From: Negativicutes bacterium
Lineage (GTDB): Bacteria; Bacillota; Negativicutes; UBA1444
Length of the DNA stretch: 64,000 bases
Reading direction: 5' to 3'
Assembly (NCBI GenBank): GCA_963665275.2
Contig: CAXXIN010000005.1
Location: forward strand, 128,745 to 192,744
This document shows, piece by piece, positions 19,446-31,002 of this stretch. Under the pieces are notes generated by a model. The model saw only the letters and a program-made list of their open reading frames with translations, was not told where the DNA came from and did no database searches. A program made the position numbers and the translations under genes. Numbering within the stretch: the first letter of the stretch is position 1; each line of letters starts with the position of its first letter.

Positions 19446-21521
19446 ATGTCTGACCACAACGTACTGGAACCCATGCTTGATTTGTACCTGTTTGAAACTT
19501 CTCAGCTGGTAGAGCAGCTAGAGCAAAACATAATATGCAGTGAGAAATCGGGCGGCTATAATTCTTCCCAGATTGATGAAATTTTCCGAGTGATGCATTC
19601 GATCAAAGGGTCATCGGCGATGATGATGTTTGATAACATTGCTACCTTGGCTCATTCTATCGAAGATGTCTTTTATTATTTGCGCGAGGCGAAACCAGCA
19701 AACGTTGATTGTTCACAACTAACGGACCTGATTTTGGCAGGTGTCGATTTTATCAAAAACGAGTTGGAGAAGATCAGAAATCTTAGCAATGCGGATGGCG
19801 ATGCATTGCTATTAATTGATGCCATAAAGACCTTGCTGGAAGGGTTGAAAAAATCCAATCCCAATACTGTGAATGGCGAGCCTGCCAAAGGCGCTTCTGC
19901 TAAGAAACAGCAGTACTATATCAGTCAGAATAAGAGCAAAGGCCTATTTAACAAACATTTTTTCATGGCCACGATATTCTTTGAAGATCATTGTGAAATG
20001 GAAAATATCCGGGCCTATACAATTATTCCGGGACTGCAGGAAATTGCCGAAGATATTTCCTACATTCCGGAAAATATTATGGAAGACGATTCTACAGCTG
20101 AAATTATCCAACGAGAAGGATTCAAGCTGTTTTTTGCTACAGAGCGAACACATAATGAAATTTACGAATATCTTGGGAAAACCATCTTTCTGAAAAAACT
20201 GGAGTTGGCGCAAAGTGATGAGTCTACTCCCGCCAAACAAATTCTGCGACCCCAACGGATTCTACTTGAAGATGCACCTGTAATTGTTCCGCAGACTGTG
20301 GAAAAGTGTGTGGTCGAAAGAGATGCCGAAGTCGTTGCCGCCAGCAATCCCAGTATGATCAACGTCAATGTGGTCAAACTGGACAAACTGATGGATCTGG
20401 TGGGTGAATTGGTCATATCCGAGGCCATGGTAACGCAAAATCCTGAACTGAAAGGCCTCGTGCTCGATAATTTTACGAAGGCGGCTCGTCAACTGGAAAA
20501 AATCACTGGTGAATTGCAAGATATGGTCATGTCGATTCGAATGGTTCCGTTGACAACGACATTTCATAAGATGCACCGGGTTGTTCGGGATATGTGCAAA
20601 AAACTTGGCAAGGAAGTTCAGTTGGAGCTGATCGGCGAAACCACGGAAGTGGACAAAAACATTATCGAACATATTTCGGACCCTTTGATGCATTTGATTC
20701 GAAATTCTCTCGACCACGGCCTGGAATTGGGCGAAGAACGAATAGCAGCAGGAAAACCCGCTGTCGGTAAAATAACTCTGGAAGCAAAGAATGCCGGCAA
20801 TGATGTTGTTATTCTGATTAAAGATGACGGACGAGGGCTGAACAAGAGCAAGATTCTTGAGCGAGCCCGGCAAAAAGGGCTTTTACTTAAACCTGAAACC
20901 GAGTTGACCGATAAAGAAATTTTTTCCTTCATCTTTGCCCCTGGATTCTCCACCAACGACCAAGTGACGGAGTTTTCGGGCAGAGGGGTGGGGATGGATA
21001 TAGTATCCAGAAATATCAATAGTATCGGCGGCATCGTATTGATTGAGAGCACTCCAGGCCAAGGAACGACCATTTCTCTAAAAATTCCCCTGACATTGGC
21101 GATTGTTGATGGTATGACGATTGGAGTGGGGACGGCCCGATATACCATTCCGATTACATCGATCAAAGAATCGTTCAGACCTCGCGAAAAGGATATCATA
21201 GTCGATCCCGACGGAAACGAAATGATTATGGTACGGGGGCAATGTTATCCGATACTTCGTATTCACCGAATATTTGCCGTCAAAACCGACGTTGCCAGCT
21301 ATACAGACGGGATCATTATCATGGTGGAAAACGAAAGTAAAATTCTTTGTCTTTTCGCGGATGAACTTATTGGCGAACAACAAGTGGTTGTAAAAGCGCT
21401 GCCGCCTTACATCAAAAATATCCGGCAAGTGGAAGGCTTGGCGGGATGCACTCTTCTGGGCGACGGCAGTATCAGTCTGATACTGGACATCGGCGGATTG
21501 ATGCACAGATGCTACGCGTAA
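19446..21521 (+). CDS. cheA: Chemotaxis histidine kinase CheA
   Basis: Hpt IFRVMHSIKGSS, KLDKLMDLVGELVI, HLIRNSLDHG, GRGVGMD, C-terminal CheW domain. Confidence 0.95.
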   Translation: MSDHNVLEPMLDLYLFETSQLVEQLEQNIICSEKSGGYNSSQIDEIFRVMHSIKGSSAMMMFDNIATLAHSIEDVFYYLREAKPANVDCSQLTDLILAGVDFIKNELEKIRNLSNADGDALLLIDAIKTLLEGLKKSNPNTVNGEPAKGASAKKQQYYISQNKSKGLFNKHFFMATIFFEDHCEMENIRAYTIIPGLQEIAEDISYIPENIMEDDSTAEIIQREGFKLFFATERTHNEIYEYLGKTIFLKKLELAQSDESTPAKQILRPQRILLEDAPVIVPQTVEKCVVERDAEVVAASNPSMINVNVVKLDKLMDLVGELVISEAMVTQNPELKGLVLDNFTKAARQLEKITGELQDMVMSIRMVPLTTTFHKMHRVVRDMCKKLGKEVQLELIGETTEVDKNIIEHISDPLMHLIRNSLDHGLELGEERIAAGKPAVGKITLEAKNAGNDVVILIKDDGRGLNKSKILERARQKGLLLKPETELTDKEIFSFIFAPGFSTNDQVTEFSGRGVGMDIVSRNINSIGGIVLIESTPGQGTTISLKIPLTLAIVDGMTIGVGTARYTIPITSIKESFRPREKDIIVDPDGNEMIMVRGQCYPILRIHRIFAVKTDVASYTDGIIIMVENESKILCLFADELIGEQQVVVKALPPYIKNIRQVEGLAGCTLLGDGSISLILDIGGLMHRCYA

Positions 21522-21570
21522 AGTGAGCAGCGACGTTAAATTAATTATAACAATATAAGGAGGAAGACCG

Positions 21571-23277
21571 ATGAACTGGTTCCAGAATCTCAAAATTGCA
21601 AAAAAACTTATTGTTGCGTTTCTCGGCGTGGCGTTGATTACGGGTATCGTTGGTATCGTGGGGATCGTCGGCCTGTATAATCTGGCTCAAGAAGATACTC
21701 TATTGTATGAGTTCTATACCGTGCCGATGGAGCAGATGGGGAATGTAACCGAGGCGTATCAAAAAAGTCGCGTCGATTTTAGAGAGGCTCTTCTCAATAA
21801 AGACCCGAGAATCCAAGAGGAAAATTTTAAAAAATTTGATGATCAGATCAAGAGGATGAGAAGCGAAAGCAGCAAGCTCACGAAGACTTTAGTCAGTGAA
21901 GAGGGGCATAAACTTCAGAAAACGCTTGAAACGACAATCGATGGATATGACGTTTACGCCAAAAAGCTATTTGTTATGGTCCGAGCCGGTCAAGTTGACC
22001 AAGTGAATCAACTGATGCAAACAGAGGGATACAAGATTGCCGAGATTATGGGAACGACTCTCGGGACGATGGGCGATATGAAAATCCAATTGGCGAAACA
22101 GAAAGCAGCAGGCAATAAACAGACCGCGAACATGGCCATCATCATAATGGCGGCATTTATCGTCGTTGGAGCGTCCCTGGCCATGGTGCTCGGTGTTTAT
22201 ATCGCAAGGGTGATCTCCAAACCAATTCGCGCTATTGTTGAGGTAGCCGACAAAATTGCCGCCGGTGATTTAGATGTCAATGTAGACATAAAGACACGCG
22301 ATGAAATCGGCGCGTTGGCCGGGGCTTTCAATGTAATGTCGGATAATATGAACAAGGCGTTGTTTAATATCAACGAAGCGGCTGAACAAGTGACGGCGGG
22401 AACTCAGCAGATCGCTGCATCCGGCGAAGCTTTGTCGCAGGGTTCCACCGAGCAGGCTAGCGCGATTGAGGAGATTACGGCCTCGATGGAACAAGTGGCC
22501 GTTCAAACGAAGGCAAATGCGGTGAACGCCAATCAGGCGAACGAACTGGCTATCACTGCGAAAGACAATGCGATCCAAGGTAACCGTCAAATGCAGGAAA
22601 TGGTCAAAGCTATGGCGGAAATCAACGAGTCTTCGACTAATATCTCCAAGATTATTAAAGTTATTGATGAAATTGCATTTCAAACGAATATACTCGCGCT
22701 CAATGCGGCTGTAGAAGCGGCACGAGCAGGACAACACGGCAAAGGATTCGCTGTGGTGGCTGAGGAAGTCCGTAATCTGGCCGCCAGAAGCGCCAACGCC
22801 GCCAAGGAAACTACAGCGATGATCGAAGGCTCGATCAAAAAAGTGGGCGCAGGAACGCAAATCGCCAATCAAACAGCGGAAGCGCTAAATGTTATTGTGG
22901 ATGGGGTATCCAAGGCGGCCGTGCTGGTTGGCGACATCGCGGCGGCTTCCAATGAGCAGTCAACGGCTATTTCTCAAGTCAACCAAGCGATTGCCCAGGT
23001 GTCCCAGGTGGTCTTGACGAACTCGGCGACGGCGGAAGAAAGTGCAGCGGCGAGTGAAGAACTGGCGAGCCAGTCGGAAGCGATGAAAGAAAATGTGGGG
23101 AAATTTAAACTAAAAAAAGCAGATCGCGGGTTCAAAGATGTTGAAAATCTGAGTCCTGAAATATTGCGGGCGATTGAAAATATGATGGCGCAGAAAAAGC
23201 AGGGGTATGCAAAATATGAACCTGTATCGGCGCGAGGGAAAATAGTTCTTGACGACAGCGAATTTGGCAAGTATTAA
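21571..23277 (+). CDS. Methyl-accepting chemotaxis protein (4HB sensor, HAMP)
   Basis: Two TMs, [33 protein letters not shown]-terminal pentapeptide-like EFGKY. Confidence 0.93.
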   Translation: MNWFQNLKIAKKLIVAFLGVALITGIVGIVGIVGLYNLAQEDTLLYEFYTVPMEQMGNVTEAYQKSRVDFREALLNKDPRIQEENFKKFDDQIKRMRSESSKLTKTLVSEEGHKLQKTLETTIDGYDVYAKKLFVMVRAGQVDQVNQLMQTEGYKIAEIMGTTLGTMGDMKIQLAKQKAAGNKQTANMAIIIMAAFIVVGASLAMVLGVYIARVISKPIRAIVEVADKIAAGDLDVNVDIKTRDEIGALAGAFNVMSDNMNKALFNINEAAEQVTAGTQQIAASGEALSQGSTEQASAIEEITASMEQVAVQTKANAVNANQANELAITAKDNAIQGNRQMQEMVKAMAEINESSTNISKIIKVIDEIAFQTNILALNAAVEAARAGQHGKGFAVVAEEVRNLAARSANAAKETTAMIEGSIKKVGAGTQIANQTAEALNVIVDGVSKAAVLVGDIAAASNEQSTAISQVNQAIAQVSQVVLTNSATAEESAAASEELASQSEAMKENVGKFKLKKADRGFKDVENLSPEILRAIENMMAQKKQGYAKYEPVSARGKIVLDDSEFGKY

Positions 23278-23319
23278 GACCTGAAAATGCGGTTTTGATA
23301 CAGGAAAGGAGCAAGCGCC

Positions 23320-23817
23320 ATGACTGCAATTACTGACAATGATTTGGAACTGGAAGAAGATACGCAGAAGGGCAAGTTCTTGACATTCCCCCTGGGTGCG
23401 GAAGTCTACGGCATCGAAATACAGTTTGTTACAGAGATCATCGGGATGCAATCGGTAACGGAAGTGCCTGATCTGCCGGAATACGTAAAAGGGATTATTA
23501 ATCTCCGAGGGAAAATCATTCCAGTCATTGATGTACGATTACGGTTCAAAAAACCACCCATGGATTATAATGACCGAACTTGCATCGTAGTTGTGGAGAT
23601 TAAGGATGTCGCCGTTGGACTGATTGTCGATACGGTCGCGGAAGTGCTGACTATTGCCGACCAAGAGATCGTTCCACCGCCGCAACTGAATAACGGCAGC
23701 TATCAACAGCGCTTTACAAAAGCGATTGCTAAAGTGAATAATGATGTAAAGCTGATTTTGGATTGCGACAGACTGCTAAGTGATGACGAAATGGCCAACT
23801 TGCCGCAATCCAGCTGA
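23320..23817 (+). CDS. cheW: CheW coupling protein
   Basis: GIINLRGKIIPVID, GLIVDTVAEV. Confidence 0.93.
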   Translation: MTAITDNDLELEEDTQKGKFLTFPLGAEVYGIEIQFVTEIIGMQSVTEVPDLPEYVKGIINLRGKIIPVIDVRLRFKKPPMDYNDRTCIVVVEIKDVAVGLIVDTVAEVLTIADQEIVPPPQLNNGSYQQRFTKAIAKVNNDVKLILDCDRLLSDDEMANLPQSS

Positions 23818-23843
23818 GAAGCGGTATTGAAGGACGGAAAACC

Positions 23844-24659
23844 ATGGATGCGATAACCGATAAAGAGTTTATCGAGCTGGTTCATTTTATCAAGAAAAAT
23901 TACGGGATTGATCTCTCGCAGAAAAGAAGCTTGGTATTGGGCCGTTTGCATAATTATATTTTGCAAAGTGGCTTCGACACTTTTTCCGCTTATTTTCAAT
24001 ATGTGTGGCATGACTCTTCTGGTAAGGCGGGGGCCATCCTGGTGAACAAGCTGACAACCAACCACACTTATTTTTTGCGTGAGCCACAGCATTTTGATTT
24101 TTTGGAACGAGTGGCGTTGCCGTATCTTGCCAAGACCGAGACGCGGGATAAGGATTTGCGGATATGGAGCGCCGGCTGTTCGACAGGGGAAGAACCCTAT
24201 ACGGTGGCAATGATTATTGATTCATTCTTTGCTACGGAAAAAGCCAAGTGGAATACAAAAGTTCTGGCTACCGACATTTCCACTGCCGTGTTGGAAAAGG
24301 CGCAGGAAGCGGTTTATCCCAGTGAACAGTTGGCGGTTTTGCCGGACGTCTGGCGAAGAAGATATTTTCGCAAGGTCGACGAGGAGAATAGTATTCTGCA
24401 CGAGAAAATGCGAAATGAAGTCATCTTTCGACGGCTTAACCTGATGAATGAAGCTTTTCCTTTTAAGAAAAAATTTCATATCATTTTTTGCCGCAATGTA
24501 ATGATATACTTCGACGCCGAGGTAAAGCGGGCTTTAATTAACCGGTTTTACGACTATACGGAGCCGGGCGGCTATTTATTTATTGGCCATTCCGAATCCC
24601 TGAATCGTCATGAAACGAAATATGATTTCGTGGGGCCTGCTATTTACCGAAGGGGATAG
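23844..24659 (+). CDS. cheR: Chemoreceptor glutamate methyltransferase CheR
   Basis: TTNHTYFLRE, IWSAGCSTGEEPY, IFCRNVMIYF, GHSES. Confidence 0.94.
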   Translation: MDAITDKEFIELVHFIKKNYGIDLSQKRSLVLGRLHNYILQSGFDTFSAYFQYVWHDSSGKAGAILVNKLTTNHTYFLREPQHFDFLERVALPYLAKTETRDKDLRIWSAGCSTGEEPYTVAMIIDSFFATEKAKWNTKVLATDISTAVLEKAQEAVYPSEQLAVLPDVWRRRYFRKVDEENSILHEKMRNEVIFRRLNLMNEAFPFKKKFHIIFCRNVMIYFDAEVKRALINRFYDYTEPGGYLFIGHSESLNRHETKYDFVGPAIYRRG

Positions 24660-24662
24660 ATT

Positions 24663-25694
24663 ATGATAACTGCTAAGAAAAAAATCAGAGTTCTGGTAGT
24701 AGATGACTCCATTGTTTTCAGGGAAACCTTGGCGCGAGAACTAAGCCGCGATTTTTTTATCGAAGTAGTGGCGACGGCGCCTGATCCCTACGTGGCCAGG
24801 GACAAACTGTTGGAGTTTGGACCGGATGTCATGACTTTGGATGTCGAAATGCCACGCATGAGCGGTATTGATTTCTTGCGAAAGCTCATTCCCCAGTACC
24901 CTATACCGGCGGTAGTGGTCAGTGCGGTCAGCGCCAACATATTCGATGCGTTGAGCGCCGGGGCCGTTGATTTCGTCACCAAACCGGATGCGAAATCGCC
25001 GAAAAACATGGAACTGTTCATTCAGGAGCTAATAAGCAAGATCAAAATCGCTTCAACGGCAAAAGTCGAGCCGCCGAAACGAGAGTCTGTCCGTGACTCG
25101 GTTTCCGCTGGCGCTATCACAAAAAGTGGTAATAGAATAATAGCCATTGGTGCATCAACCGGTGGAACGGAAGCTATATTTGAAGTAATACGGTCTTTTC
25201 CGCGTAACATGCCCGGCATTGTTATTGTTCAACATATGCCGCCTATATTTACCGCAATGTATGCGCAACGATTGAATAATTCCTGCCTAATGGAGGTGAA
25301 AGAAGCGGAGACCGGCGATGTGGTAGCGCCGGGAAGAGTGTTGCTGGCACCCGGAGCCCTGCACATGCGTATTAACCGTCAGGGGGGCAGATATATTGTC
25401 GAGTGTTTTAAAGGGGAGAGCGAAAATGGACACTGCCCTTCCGTTGATGTTTTGTTTAACTCTGTGGCGGAGAGGGCCGGTGCGGCCGGTATCGGCGTCA
25501 TTCTAACAGGCATGGGGTATGACGGGGCCAAGGGATTGCTAAAAATGAAGCTGGCTGGCGCAGTCACAATCGGGCAGGATCAGCAATCCTGCATTGTCTA
25601 TGGAATGCCCAAAGTTGCTTATGAAATCGGAGCCGTGGCCAAACAAGCGCCTCTGGGCAACATATCACGGCTTATTTGCTCTTACTTGAATTAA
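24663..25694 (+). CDS. cheB: Chemotaxis methylesterase CheB
   Basis: REC domain, GASTGG, VQHMP, PSVDVLF, LTGMGYDGA. Confidence 0.95.
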   Translation: MITAKKKIRVLVVDDSIVFRETLARELSRDFFIEVVATAPDPYVARDKLLEFGPDVMTLDVEMPRMSGIDFLRKLIPQYPIPAVVVSAVSANIFDALSAGAVDFVTKPDAKSPKNMELFIQELISKIKIASTAKVEPPKRESVRDSVSAGAITKSGNRIIAIGASTGGTEAIFEVIRSFPRNMPGIVIVQHMPPIFTAMYAQRLNNSCLMEVKEAETGDVVAPGRVLLAPGALHMRINRQGGRYIVECFKGESENGHCPSVDVLFNSVAERAGAAGIGVILTGMGYDGAKGLLKMKLAGAVTIGQDQQSCIVYGMPKVAYEIGAVAKQAPLGNISRLICSYLN

Positions 25695-25706
25695 ATTCGG
25701 CAGCGG

Positions 25707-28418
25707 GTGATGACGATGATGAATAACAGTTTAACGGCGCAAATATTAACCTCCATTGGCGATGGCGTTATCGCCGTCGATACAGCGGAGAAAATCATTT
25801 ATATGAATGCGGCTGCGGAGAAAATCACCGGTTGGGAGAGTGCTGCGGCGAGCGGTATAGAGTTTTCCACCGTGTTCAGTCTCTATAATTTACATACCAA
25901 AGAGCGGCTGGACAGTCCCGTCGCCCGGGTTCTTCAAACCGGCGCCGCCATCGGACTTCAGGATCAAACCGTGATTGTTACCAAGGATGGATCGATAAAA
26001 TTCCTATCTGCAAGCTGCGCACCAATCGAACATAGGGGAAATGATGTTACTGGCGTAGTGTTAGTGTTTCGCGATGTCACACGGTATAAAATCTTGGAAA
26101 GAAAACTCGCAAGTGAAGAACAAAATTTCAGAACGATCTTTAATTCCGCACCTGTGGGAATGTATATTGTGGATGAGACAAGAGCGATAACGAAGATTAA
26201 TGATGCGGCTCTTAAGTTGCTTGGTGGAGAACGAAGCCAAGTAATAGGCTACAGCTTTGGTAACGCCTTCAGCTGCCAAAGGAGCTTTGAAGACGAACGG
26301 GGCTGTGGCTACAGCGCCGCTTGCCAGTACTGCGAATTTCAACGTGCGGTTTCGCTTGCCTTTGAAGGTTCGACAGTATCGGGTATCGAATGCACCAAGA
26401 CTATAGTCCACAATGGGAAGGCTGTTCCATTATGGTTTCGAGCCAGCGCCACCCCAATCGAAATCGACGGCGATAATTTTGTGGTGGTGGCTTTGGCCGA
26501 TACCACCGACCAAAAACAAAAGGAAATCTCTATTACCAAAACTCGGGATTTTTATCTGCGAATTTTTGAAAGTTTTCCCACGATTATTTGGCGGACCAAC
26601 ATGGAAGGCGAAACTGAATCTTTCAACGAAAATTGGCAAACGCTGACCGGTCAGCCGGTTGAGCAGGCTTTAGGATATGGCTGGATGGAACGGGTTCATC
26701 CAGACGATAAACAGAAATGCTCGGACCGCAACAAAAGAAAGAAAAACGAACATGATCTGTCCGAATGCGAGATTCGGATATTGGACCGCAAAGGACAATA
26801 TCGCTGGATGTTTTGTGTTCACAAGTTATATTACAATATGTCCGGTGTAGCCGAAGGCTATATCGGTATGGGCATTGACACCACTGAACGAAAGATGGCG
26901 GAAGAAGAGCGTAAACGGGCCAAGGATAAAGCGGAAGCCGCCAATAAGGCGAAAAGTGAGTTCCTGGCCAATATGAGCCATGAAATCCGCACCCCCATCA
27001 ACGGCATTATGGGAATGATCGAGTTAACCCTTTTGACGGAGCTGAATAGTGAACAAAAGGATAATCTGATAACCGCGAAATCCTGCGCTCATTCGCTACT
27101 GAGCATTATCAATGATATTCTGGACTTTTCTAAAATGGAGGCAGGGAAACTTTTACTGCAGAATAATACTTTCCAGCCAAGGGAACTGTTGGACGAAGTG
27201 GTAAGAACATTTTCGCACAGGGTCAGCAGCAAGGGGCTGACTTGGGAATACACTTTTTCAAACTCCATTCCGGAAATACTTCTAGGGGATTCCAATCGAC
27301 TGCGCCAGGTTTTGAATAATCTAATCGACAATGCGGTAAAGTTCACGGAACAGGGTGAAGTGTCGTTAGCAGTACAATCTACAAGTATCGGCAAAGATTC
27401 GGTGGAACTAAAATTCACCGTCAAGGATACCGGCATCGGGATTGCTCCAGAGGATATGGATAAGCTGTTCAAAACCTTTAGTCAAGTGGATGGGTCAACT
27501 ACCAGACGCCATGGGGGAACCGGACTGGGACTGGTGATTTCTAAAAATCTGGTCAAAATGATGGGTGGACAGCTGTGGGTCGAGAGTGCGAAGAATCACG
27601 GCAGCACTTTTTGTTTTACTCTGCCGTTTACTATCGGCGCTTCCGTGGAGGAGAAACCGCAACTTCGCCAAAATCTTGGCGAACCGGTATTGGCGATGAA
27701 ACTCCTGTTGGTTGAAGACGATACCGTCAGTAGAAATGTCATCCAAAGATTGCTCCAGAAGATCGGCCATCAGGTAGATACTGCCGTCAATGGTGTTGAA
27801 GCATTATCGCTTTGGCGGCAAAAAAAATATGATGCCATTGTTATGGACATTCAAATGCCTGAACTGGACGGAATCGAAACAACAAAACGGATAAGGGCGG
27901 AGGAGTCCGATGCTGGAAATCATATTCCTATTCTGGCATTAACTGCCCATGCCCTGGTTGGGGACCGGGAAAGGTTTTTGGCGGCCGGGATGGATGAATA
28001 TATGGCAAAACCAGTGCAAATGGCGGAACTGTCCAAAAAACTCGAGCTGCTTTCGCAGCCAAATCAGCGAGAAAAATTCACCGCGATTAGTAGTATCCAG
28101 ATCAATGATAGCGGAGAGGTTGTTTATGTCTGTGCAGTTGCAGACTCGCTGAAAGACGCGCCTTCTGCATTGTCCGGCATGGAAGAACTGATTGCGGGAA
28201 TGGATGACGAAACTTTGCAGGACGTGAATCAGATTGAAATCGTTGCTCATGAGATTAAAGGACTAGCAAATCAAATTGGCTCAGACGAATTAAAAAGCGT
28301 TGCATTCAAAGCTGAGCTGGCTGCACGACGCGGAAATTCAGCGGAAGCGGTTGAACATATCAGGCATATCGGCAGAATTTGCGAAGCCTATAAGAAAACA
28401 GGATTGGGGGCTGGATGA
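25707..28418 (+). CDS. Hybrid sensor histidine kinase (3 PAS, HisKA, HATPase, REC, Hpt)
   Basis: [44 protein letters not shown]. Confidence 0.92.
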   Translation: MMTMMNNSLTAQILTSIGDGVIAVDTAEKIIYMNAAAEKITGWESAAASGIEFSTVFSLYNLHTKERLDSPVARVLQTGAAIGLQDQTVIVTKDGSIKFLSASCAPIEHRGNDVTGVVLVFRDVTRYKILERKLASEEQNFRTIFNSAPVGMYIVDETRAITKINDAALKLLGGERSQVIGYSFGNAFSCQRSFEDERGCGYSAACQYCEFQRAVSLAFEGSTVSGIECTKTIVHNGKAVPLWFRASATPIEIDGDNFVVVALADTTDQKQKEISITKTRDFYLRIFESFPTIIWRTNMEGETESFNENWQTLTGQPVEQALGYGWMERVHPDDKQKCSDRNKRKKNEHDLSECEIRILDRKGQYRWMFCVHKLYYNMSGVAEGYIGMGIDTTERKMAEEERKRAKDKAEAANKAKSEFLANMSHEIRTPINGIMGMIELTLLTELNSEQKDNLITAKSCAHSLLSIINDILDFSKMEAGKLLLQNNTFQPRELLDEVVRTFSHRVSSKGLTWEYTFSNSIPEILLGDSNRLRQVLNNLIDNAVKFTEQGEVSLAVQSTSIGKDSVELKFTVKDTGIGIAPEDMDKLFKTFSQVDGSTTRRHGGTGLGLVISKNLVKMMGGQLWVESAKNHGSTFCFTLPFTIGASVEEKPQLRQNLGEPVLAMKLLLVEDDTVSRNVIQRLLQKIGHQVDTAVNGVEALSLWRQKKYDAIVMDIQMPELDGIETTKRIRAEESDAGNHIPILALTAHALVGDRERFLAAGMDEYMAKPVQMAELSKKLELLSQPNQREKFTAISSIQINDSGEVVYVCAVADSLKDAPSALSGMEELIAGMDDETLQDVNQIEIVAHEIKGLANQIGSDELKSVAFKAELAARRGNSAEAVEHIRHIGRICEAYKKTGLGAG

Positions 28419-28822
28419 TGAGAATATTAATAGCCGAGGACGACATGGCCAGCCGAAAGTTTCTTTTTAAGATTCTTTCGCAATATGGGGAATGTGACTT
28501 GACAGTAGACGGGCTCGAAGCATTGAATGCCTTTTTGCTGTCATTGAATGAGAACAAGTGTTATGATTTGATCTGTCTGGACATTATGATGCCCAAAGTG
28601 GATGGGGTTAAGGTCTTGAAAACGATCAGAGATTTGGAACGCGAGAACAAGATCGCGCCGGAGGCTCGCTCCAAGGTAATCATGACAACGGCCCTCGGAG
28701 AGACCGCCTATGTTCAGCAGGCTTTTGATATAGGTTGTGAAGCCTATGCGTCAAAACCCATTGATGTTGAGAAGTTTGTGAAAGTGATGGAAAAACTGGA
28801 GTTGATTCATCAAGCCGTATAG
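28415..28822 (+). CDS. Single-domain response regulator
   Basis: ILIAEDD, LDIMMP, MTTAL, SKPID. Confidence 0.9.
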   Translation: MMRILIAEDDMASRKFLFKILSQYGECDLTVDGLEALNAFLLSLNENKCYDLICLDIMMPKVDGVKVLKTIRDLERENKIAPEARSKVIMTTALGETAYVQQAFDIGCEAYASKPIDVEKFVKVMEKLELIHQAV

Positions 28823-28869
28823 AGAGTGACAATACTTAGCCGCTGTTAAAGTGCGGCGTGGAGGGTATC

Positions 28870-29997
28870 ATGCTTCGTTTGACAATTGGACAGCTTCAAC
28901 CAGGAATGGTTACGGCTCGGAACCTTTTTAGCGCGACGGGGAAGCTCTTGCTGGCGCAGAATTTAACATTGGACGAAGCCTTGATTTCAAGGTTGGACAT
29001 GATGGGTATTGATTCTATATTCGTCAATCATCCATGCCTGGAAGTTGAAACTCCGGAAATTATTAATGAGCATACTCGGGTCGAGACGATCAAACTGACA
29101 CATCAAGCATTTGAAGGCTTCGAACAGCATCGGACGCTCAATTTGGCTGGAATCCGCCAAATGATGAAAAAAGTGATTGAGGATGTAGTAGACAATCGCC
29201 ATGTGTTGATACATCTCACCGATATCCGTGCCCACGGGGATTATACTTTCGGACATTCCATAAATGTGTGTTTGCTGTCGGTAATGCTGGGGGTAAAAAT
29301 ACACCTGAATGAACAGGAACTGTCTGAACTGGCCATGGGAGCAATTTTGCACGATTTGGGAATGATGTTGGTTCCTCCCGATATTCTTCAAACCCCAGGC
29401 CTACTGTCCGCTGATGGTTGGAAGATAATACAAGAGCACACGGAAACAGGCTTCGAAATTCTACGCAAAGTAGGCCCGATTCCCTTGGTTTCTGCGCATA
29501 TTGCATATCAACATCATGAGAACTTCAACGGTTCCGGCTACACTCGCGGGCTATCAGGGGAGGACATTCACCTATTCGCGAGAATCGTCGCGGTTGCGGA
29601 TCTATATGATGCTATTACTTCCGATAGACCTTATCGGAAAGCGCTTCCCCCGCATGAAGCCTATGAAATCATGTTTGCTTCCCGAGGCATTAAACTTGAT
29701 CCCCAATTGGCCGATGTGTTTTTGGAAAATGTAGCGCTATATCCAATGGGGGCTACTGTTTTGTTAGACACAGGCGAGATCGGGGTGGTCGTAGAAGTGT
29801 TTCCCAAATTACAAGCGCGACCCTGCGTGCGGGTTATTGTGGACCGGCTTGGTCGCCCATGGCGTGGGCAGGAAAGAGTAGTTGATCTCACAAAGGACTT
29901 AACCAGGTATGTTATCAAGGTTTTGCGACCTGAAGAAATATTTGCTTCCAGTCAGGGGAGCGCCAATATGATAAGGGAAGATAAGCGTACATTTTGA
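28870..29997 (+). CDS. HD-GYP domain c-di-GMP phosphodiesterase
   Basis: YTFGHSINV, ILHDLGM, HHENFNGSGYT, VADLYDAITSDRPYR. Confidence 0.88.
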   Translation: MLRLTIGQLQPGMVTARNLFSATGKLLLAQNLTLDEALISRLDMMGIDSIFVNHPCLEVETPEIINEHTRVETIKLTHQAFEGFEQHRTLNLAGIRQMMKKVIEDVVDNRHVLIHLTDIRAHGDYTFGHSINVCLLSVMLGVKIHLNEQELSELAMGAILHDLGMMLVPPDILQTPGLLSADGWKIIQEHTETGFEILRKVGPIPLVSAHIAYQHHENFNGSGYTRGLSGEDIHLFARIVAVADLYDAITSDRPYRKALPPHEAYEIMFASRGIKLDPQLADVFLENVALYPMGATVLLDTGEIGVVVEVFPKLQARPCVRVIVDRLGRPWRGQERVVDLTKDLTRYVIKVLRPEEIFASSQGSANMIREDKRTF

Positions 29998-30053
29998 ATC
30001 CGCAGAAATATCTGCAAGCGGAATATAATGCAGACGTGATATGGGAACAATAA
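29997..30053 (+). repeat. 57-bp direct repeat, copy 2
   Basis: aatccgcagaaatatctgcaagcggaatataatgcagacgtgatatgggaacaataa. Confidence 0.85.
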
Positions 30054-30102
30054 TGCAACACGAAACTAACAGTTTTTGTTGACAATAATAACACGAGTAT
30101 AT

Positions 30103-30136
30103 AAGGACTTCCAGCCATTTGCGGCTGGAAGTCCTT
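30103..30136. terminator. Hairpin between convergent genes; dispersed repeat copy B
   Basis: aaggacttccagcc-atttgc-ggctggaagtcctt, perfect 14-bp stem. Confidence 0.75.
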
Positions 30137-30152
30137 GGTATCTATAGTTGGA

Positions 30153-30953
30153 CTATTTTTTTACCGGGAAGTAGATTTCGGTAATATAATCGTCGGGAGA
30201 AGGGGTTGTGGCAGGGTCCGTTACGTAGATTTCGTAAGGCGGCGCGGCTAATTGGTATTTTTCCTTCTCCATCCACTCCACTATTTTTGCATAGGTGGAT
30301 GTGAGCCCGGAATAGGCGCCTTTGTGCACTCCTTTCACGCATAACCCGCCAGGAAGTTCGCGAGTTCCTTTTACTCGCTCCGCAATAGGAATGGCGATTT
30401 CCGTATCGTTGCTTACCGGATTGAACTCTTGATCATGATAGATGGCAATCGGGGGAGCTAGGCACGTCAGTTTTTCTCGCGCAATGATCGCGAAAAGTTT
30501 GCCGAAATATTTACAATACTCGTCAATGCTCATTTTTTGGCGTGAAAACAAAATGTTTTTGGGCTCTGTTTCCACTAGCTCCACAGTGATATTATCTAAA
30601 TATGCCATAATATCGATACCCCTCTCTAAATTGTGAATATCTTCATTCAGTTGTTTCAGCACATATTGGTCATTTGCCAATTTTTCCTGCAGTGCTTGTT
30701 GTTTTTGTCGGATCAGCAAGGATAACTTTTCCTCACCGGTATCTCTGATTACGGCTTCGATTTCTTCCAGCGAAAAAGAATACATCTTCAGTTTGTTTAT
30801 GAAAAGAATCGTTTTCAGCTGGTTGACATTGTAATAGCGATAACCGTTGTGTTCAGTGATAATCACCGGCTTGAGCAACCCGATTTCATCGTAGTACCGT
30901 AAGGTTTTGGTTGTAACGTTACATATTTTTGAGAACTCGCCTATAGGCAGCAT
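30153..30953 (-). CDS. MerR family regulator with GyrI-like effector domain (BmrR-like)
   Basis: IGEFSKICNVTTKTLRYYDEIGLL, GYRYY; C-terminal HKGAY...YEIY...TEIYFPV. Confidence 0.9.
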   Translation of the reverse strand: MLPIGEFSKICNVTTKTLRYYDEIGLLKPVIITEHNGYRYYNVNQLKTILFINKLKMYSFSLEEIEAVIRDTGEEKLSLLIRQKQQALQEKLANDQYVLKQLNEDIHNLERGIDIMAYLDNITVELVETEPKNILFSRQKMSIDEYCKYFGKLFAIIAREKLTCLAPPIAIYHDQEFNPVSNDTEIAIPIAERVKGTRELPGGLCVKGVHKGAYSGLTSTYAKIVEWMEKEKYQLAAPPYEIYVTDPATTPSPDDYITEIYFPVKK

Positions 30954-31002
30954 TGAAATACCTCCATGAATTATTGAGTGTAAACTAACCTAGGTTGATT
31001 TT

